DNA from: Azolla caroliniana
Taxonomy: Eukaryota; Plantae; Polypodiophyta
Assembly (NCBI GenBank): GCA_043228905.1
Contig: JBHGNT010000018.1
Location: 11,904,001 to 11,968,000, forward strand
Length of the DNA stretch: 64,000 nucleotides
Direction: 5' to 3'
The position numbers were made by a program, and so were the translations under genes. Shown piece by piece: positions 60,101 through 64,000 of this stretch. The notes under the pieces are model-generated. The model had not been told where the DNA came from, searched no databases, and saw nothing but the letters and a program-made list of their open reading frames with translations. The number at the start of each line of letters is the position of its first letter. The first letter of the stretch is position 1.

Positions 60101-63100
60101 TGAGTGTAGAAAGCCATCTTTTTGAGTGATATCATCATGTTCACATTGACCTCTGCATCATTGATGTCAAAGGTAACAGAGATCGACTGGTGCCAATCGA
60201 GTTCTTCAGGCCATCCAATCTCTTCGAGCTTCCCATGGATGGCGATGGAGTTGTAGACGACGGCATAACAAATCTGCCTCGTGGCAAGTGGTATGGGGAT
60301 TGGGATGAGAACACATGGATTTTGACACTAGACGCCATTGAGTGATGGCGATGATCAGAGGAAAGTACTGAAAATGGAAGAGAGAGAATCTACGATGATG
60401 AGGTCATAGATGCATGTTTTCTTCTTTGAAGACACCATGGTTGCTCTCCTCGTGTCTTCTTTCTCTATTCTTCTATGCTTCAAATAGATCTCTTCTTCCT
60501 CTCGTTCTCCCACATGCTCATCATGAACTCCATTGTCGTCCTGACAAGAACTCACACCACCAGCCATCTCTGGATGTCTTTGAGTTAGACCAAGCTAGAA
60601 GAGAGATTGTTTCCATCCAGAAGCCAGAGTTTCTGCCTCCAAGTGAGCAAAAGATGATTGAGATGATGAGACTTTAATGAGAAGAAGAATTGGATGAATC
60701 CCCACAACAGAAAACAAACAGACATAGAACTAATTAGAGAAATAAGATAAGTAACAAGAACATCATATGAGTAGCTTTACTTATGTGGGTTACTAGTAGA
60801 AAATATCGCACTACTCATAAATCAAAATGTATGGTCTGCATCACTCTCTAACAGAGGGACAGACAAACACATGCATCACTCCCTAACACAGAGACAAACA
60901 AACACACAGAGAGATACACACACAAAGATGGAGAGAGAGATTTGTGATGGAGAGAGGGAGAGTGAGACTTCTTCTCAAGGGAGGGTCGTCCGTTCGGGCG
61001 TGCCAAAAGTGTTGTTGGGGTGGGGGGTGAGGCCTAGAATGGCTTCACCCCCCCCCCCCAAGGGGGTTACGATAAAGAGCAAGAGATAGAGAGAAATACA
61101 AATAGAAAATGACACAAAATGAGAGGGGGAAAATTGTATATCCATTAGATGCCCCATAAAGGGTTTATATAATACATAATGTAACGGTAATAATGACCGT
61201 TACAAAAGAGACGACCGTTACACTCTTGTCACATGCACATAATTGTGCATGTGCTCACAGATACTCATTTACTTTACACATACACATCAACCACATCATT
61301 ACACATACCCTTATGCCTCCTTGTATTATCTTACGTGTAATATTTATACCGAGTGTAAATTTGCCATATGTCTTGGCGTATTACTTTATTGCGGTCCTCA
61401 TGAGAGATTAAAGTGTTATCCATCGTGTGGTTGTACCTAAGGGGAGGTAGGTTATTAATGTCTAGACCATTCGCAAGAAGCCAACTCACCATCATGCCAT
61501 ACCATGAGCTAGTATAACCGGACTCATACAATGATCGAGAGGCCTTAAAGGCTTGATGAGATATTCTATCATGTGGTTGGCTATGTATCCTATGAAGAAA
61601 GACTACAAGTTGGAAAAGTGCCTCTACTAATATTGGGGATAACATGAACTCAGCCCTAATAATGTCATGTGGTACTATCGATTTGCTTCGGAGTTGGCGC
61701 GATAACGTCATCACCAATGGTCTCTCTAATTGCGTCCACATGAAAGATGGTAATCCTGGAGCCGAAACCGCGGATGCATACATGAGGGAGGGGGTCACTA
61801 ATGAGTCAAAGAGCCACCCTTTAGTCCGTGGCTCTTGAAAGTATGCTTGGTGGCATTGTCTCTCTAGGAGTGAGAGGGATGCATGTCCTCTCGTAAGTCT
61901 ATCCTTCGTTGCCTGTGTCATCGAAAATTTACCTGAGGGAGCACTGAAAGTGACTCCGAGATAGATGTATGATCCAAACACCTCAACTGGGCTATGGGAG
62001 ATAGTTAGGTGACACTTAGCTCTAACTTGGGCTGATGTGTGGAAGATAAGGACTTTAGTTTTCCCTAGATTCACTACCAATCCTTGTTGTGCACAAAAGT
62101 CATCTAAGGCATTAAGGTGCCTTTGTAGGTCGTGTTCGGATTCAGAGAGCAAAACTATGTCATCCGCATAGAGCAAGATACGAACCTGCGTATCCCCAAG
62201 GACAACTCCGTTGCCTCCCTTATGAGCAATAAAATCTGTGATCTCATCAATGTAGATCCCAAAAAGTGTCGGTGATAGGGGGCAACCTTGTTTTACACCA
62301 ATAGTGCTAGTGAAACAATTGGATAGGCCACCTGGGCATCGGACACACCCGAACAGTTGTTCATATAGTGCGTAGATGGCCCAGACCATGTCATCTGGTA
62401 TCCTCAAGCTTTTAAGCCTATCAAACAACCGCTCTCTAGGGACTGTGTCAAAGGCCGTGCAAAAGTCCACAAAACAACAATATAATTTCTTCTTGTGAGC
62501 CTTAGTTTGGTCAATTAAGCATCTAAGTGTGAAGATATGATCAATGGTGGAGAAGGCTCGTCTAAAGCTAACTTGTTCAGGTGCACGAAGATTTAGGGTC
62601 TCCATATAATTGCTAAGCTCTGCTTCCATTACTGCACCATATACTTTAGCAAGGGTATGACCTATCATAATGGTCCTATATGAATTTGGGTCCATGGGGT
62701 CCCCCCCTTTATGTATGGGGGCCACTTTGTTCATAGTCCACTGTGGTGGAAAAGCCTCCGCAAGGGCACGATTGAAGATTAGAGTTAGCAAGGGAGCTAG
62801 GCACTCTCTTGCATATATAATGTGTTCTGCTTGCAATCCTGTGTGGTCCATGGACTTCCTATGTTGTAATTTCTTTATGACCTTCGCGACCCCAAAGGTC
62901 GTGAAAAGTGTCCCCGTGGTAGGTCGGGGTGTGGAAGGTATTGGAATGGGTGGTTGGTTTGGGATTTCGTAAAGTCTCTCTGTATATGTGTGCTAGGTTT
63001 TGAGATCTTCGATGGGTGTTTGTGGTCTTGGCTCCCGTAGTCTCTTCCATGTCGTTGCGCAATCGCTACTGATGAGCATATGGTAGAGTTCCCAATATTG

Positions 63101-63825
63101 GGATGCCTCCCACGCCCGTCTCTTACAACGTGTCATCTTGCACATTTCTTTGCAATGTGTCATCTTGTATATGTGTGCCAGCAATATTATAACGGGATCC
63201 TTTTGGGGGAGAGTAACAAATGGTGAAAAATACTACTTGGTCCTTGGTTGTGGAGACTTTCACCCACATAAAACGAGCTTCTGGGTCTGTCCTCAGTATT
63301 TCTATCCTATTATGTAGCTCTCTACGAAACAATATCATGACACCTCCAGATCCCCTGGTAGTGTGTCGACGTGAGGTTTTTCTAAAAGCGGACTCCCAAC
63401 AAAATCCTTCAACTAGTGGGAGTCCTCTATTTGGGCTTTGGTGTGTTTCTACCAAGAAAAATATATCTGATACCTTTAATATCTCCTCTAGGCGGCTGCG
63501 GTGTGTCTAGATGCGTCGTTACAATTCCATAAGGTCATCCTAAGTGCATTTTCTGTCACATGGGCCACACGCCATCAATTAGTAGTGCGATCATTTATGA
63601 TCACTCGCCCGTCTCGGTAAAAGGCGTGATGCCCTTCTTTACGAGCTTGCATAACTCGTGGCATACAACTCTTGCGATGCTCAATTTGCATCTTAGTGAG
63701 GTCTTCATTGAGATAGATAGGGTTCCCACCCAAGCGTCGAAGAATTGGTCTCTTCTTAAAGAAAGTGATTCTAGAGAGATTGAGAACGAAGCAATAAAGC
63801 TTTCCATTAGAGCTTGCACTGAGTA
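57169..63825 (-). mobile_element. LINE (APE-RT, RTEX/CR1-L2-like), decayed, interrupted by an LTR element
   Basis: ORF1 C-terminus IYLNEDLT; endonuclease LWNCN, ETH and RGSGGV; RT GVKQGCPLSP and LLYADD (61343-62851); C-terminal RICRLC..EDEYHFTCKC; 3' stem-loop and (TTTC)n tail at 57169-57188. Confidence 0.9.
58122..61342 (-). mobile_element. Non-coding LTR element (Tat/Ogre-type PBS) inserted in LINE ORF2
   Basis: LTRs 58122-58432 and 61010-61342; TSD TTTAT; minus-strand TATATAAA; PBS TGGCACGCCCGAACGGAC at 60988-61005; no gag or pol motifs recognised. Confidence 0.92.
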
Positions 63826-63829
63826 AGTC

Positions 63830-64000
63830 TACGCCTATTCTATTTTTCTGTCTGCGTTGTTTGCTGTTCATAACTGACAACAAATCCATACACGTTTCCA
63901 CAAAACACACTCATTATCAACAACTGGTATCAGAGCGAAGCTTTGTTGTTCAGTGGCAACAGACAACAGACGAAGCTGAAAGAAAAGACTAGGTCAAAAA
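63830..64000 (+). mobile_element. LTR 3' end and tRNA-iMet PBS of another LTR retrotransposon running out of the window
   Basis: ...TCAACA at 63922 followed by TGGTATCAGAGC at 63925-63936. Confidence 0.75.

Noticed and set aside
58800-60130. Multiple Arg/Ser-rich ORFs on both strands
   Set aside because: GC-rich low-complexity interior of a non-coding LTR element; no recognisable domain.

Overview
Repeat-dense land-plant nuclear DNA, probably from a fern or other non-seed plant (inferred from the TE types). It holds one intact host gene: a 10-exon O-fucosyltransferase-family gene of the EDA30/OFUT27 clade (38356-43455, +, 669 aa). The rest is nested and mostly decayed transposons: at least six Ty1/Copia elements or fragments, several solo LTRs, a self-priming chromovirus-type Gypsy, two non-coding LTR elements, two LINE copies, a Sola-like transposase next to an FCP1/NIF-like cargo ORF, a TIR element with a palindromic array, a MITE and a possible hAT remnant. 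The most notable signals are: (1) outward-facing tRNA-like Pol III A/B-box cassettes in U3 of three different LTR families; (2) a minimal type I hammerhead ribozyme inside a ~3 kb terminally redundant non-coding unit; (3) a scrambled Gypsy cDNA integrated through two inverted U5 ends with a 5-bp TSD; (4) an LTR element with a second, inverted tRNA primer-binding site where the PPT should be. All calls were made by eye, with no database searches, and coordinates without a TSD or terminal motif are approximate.
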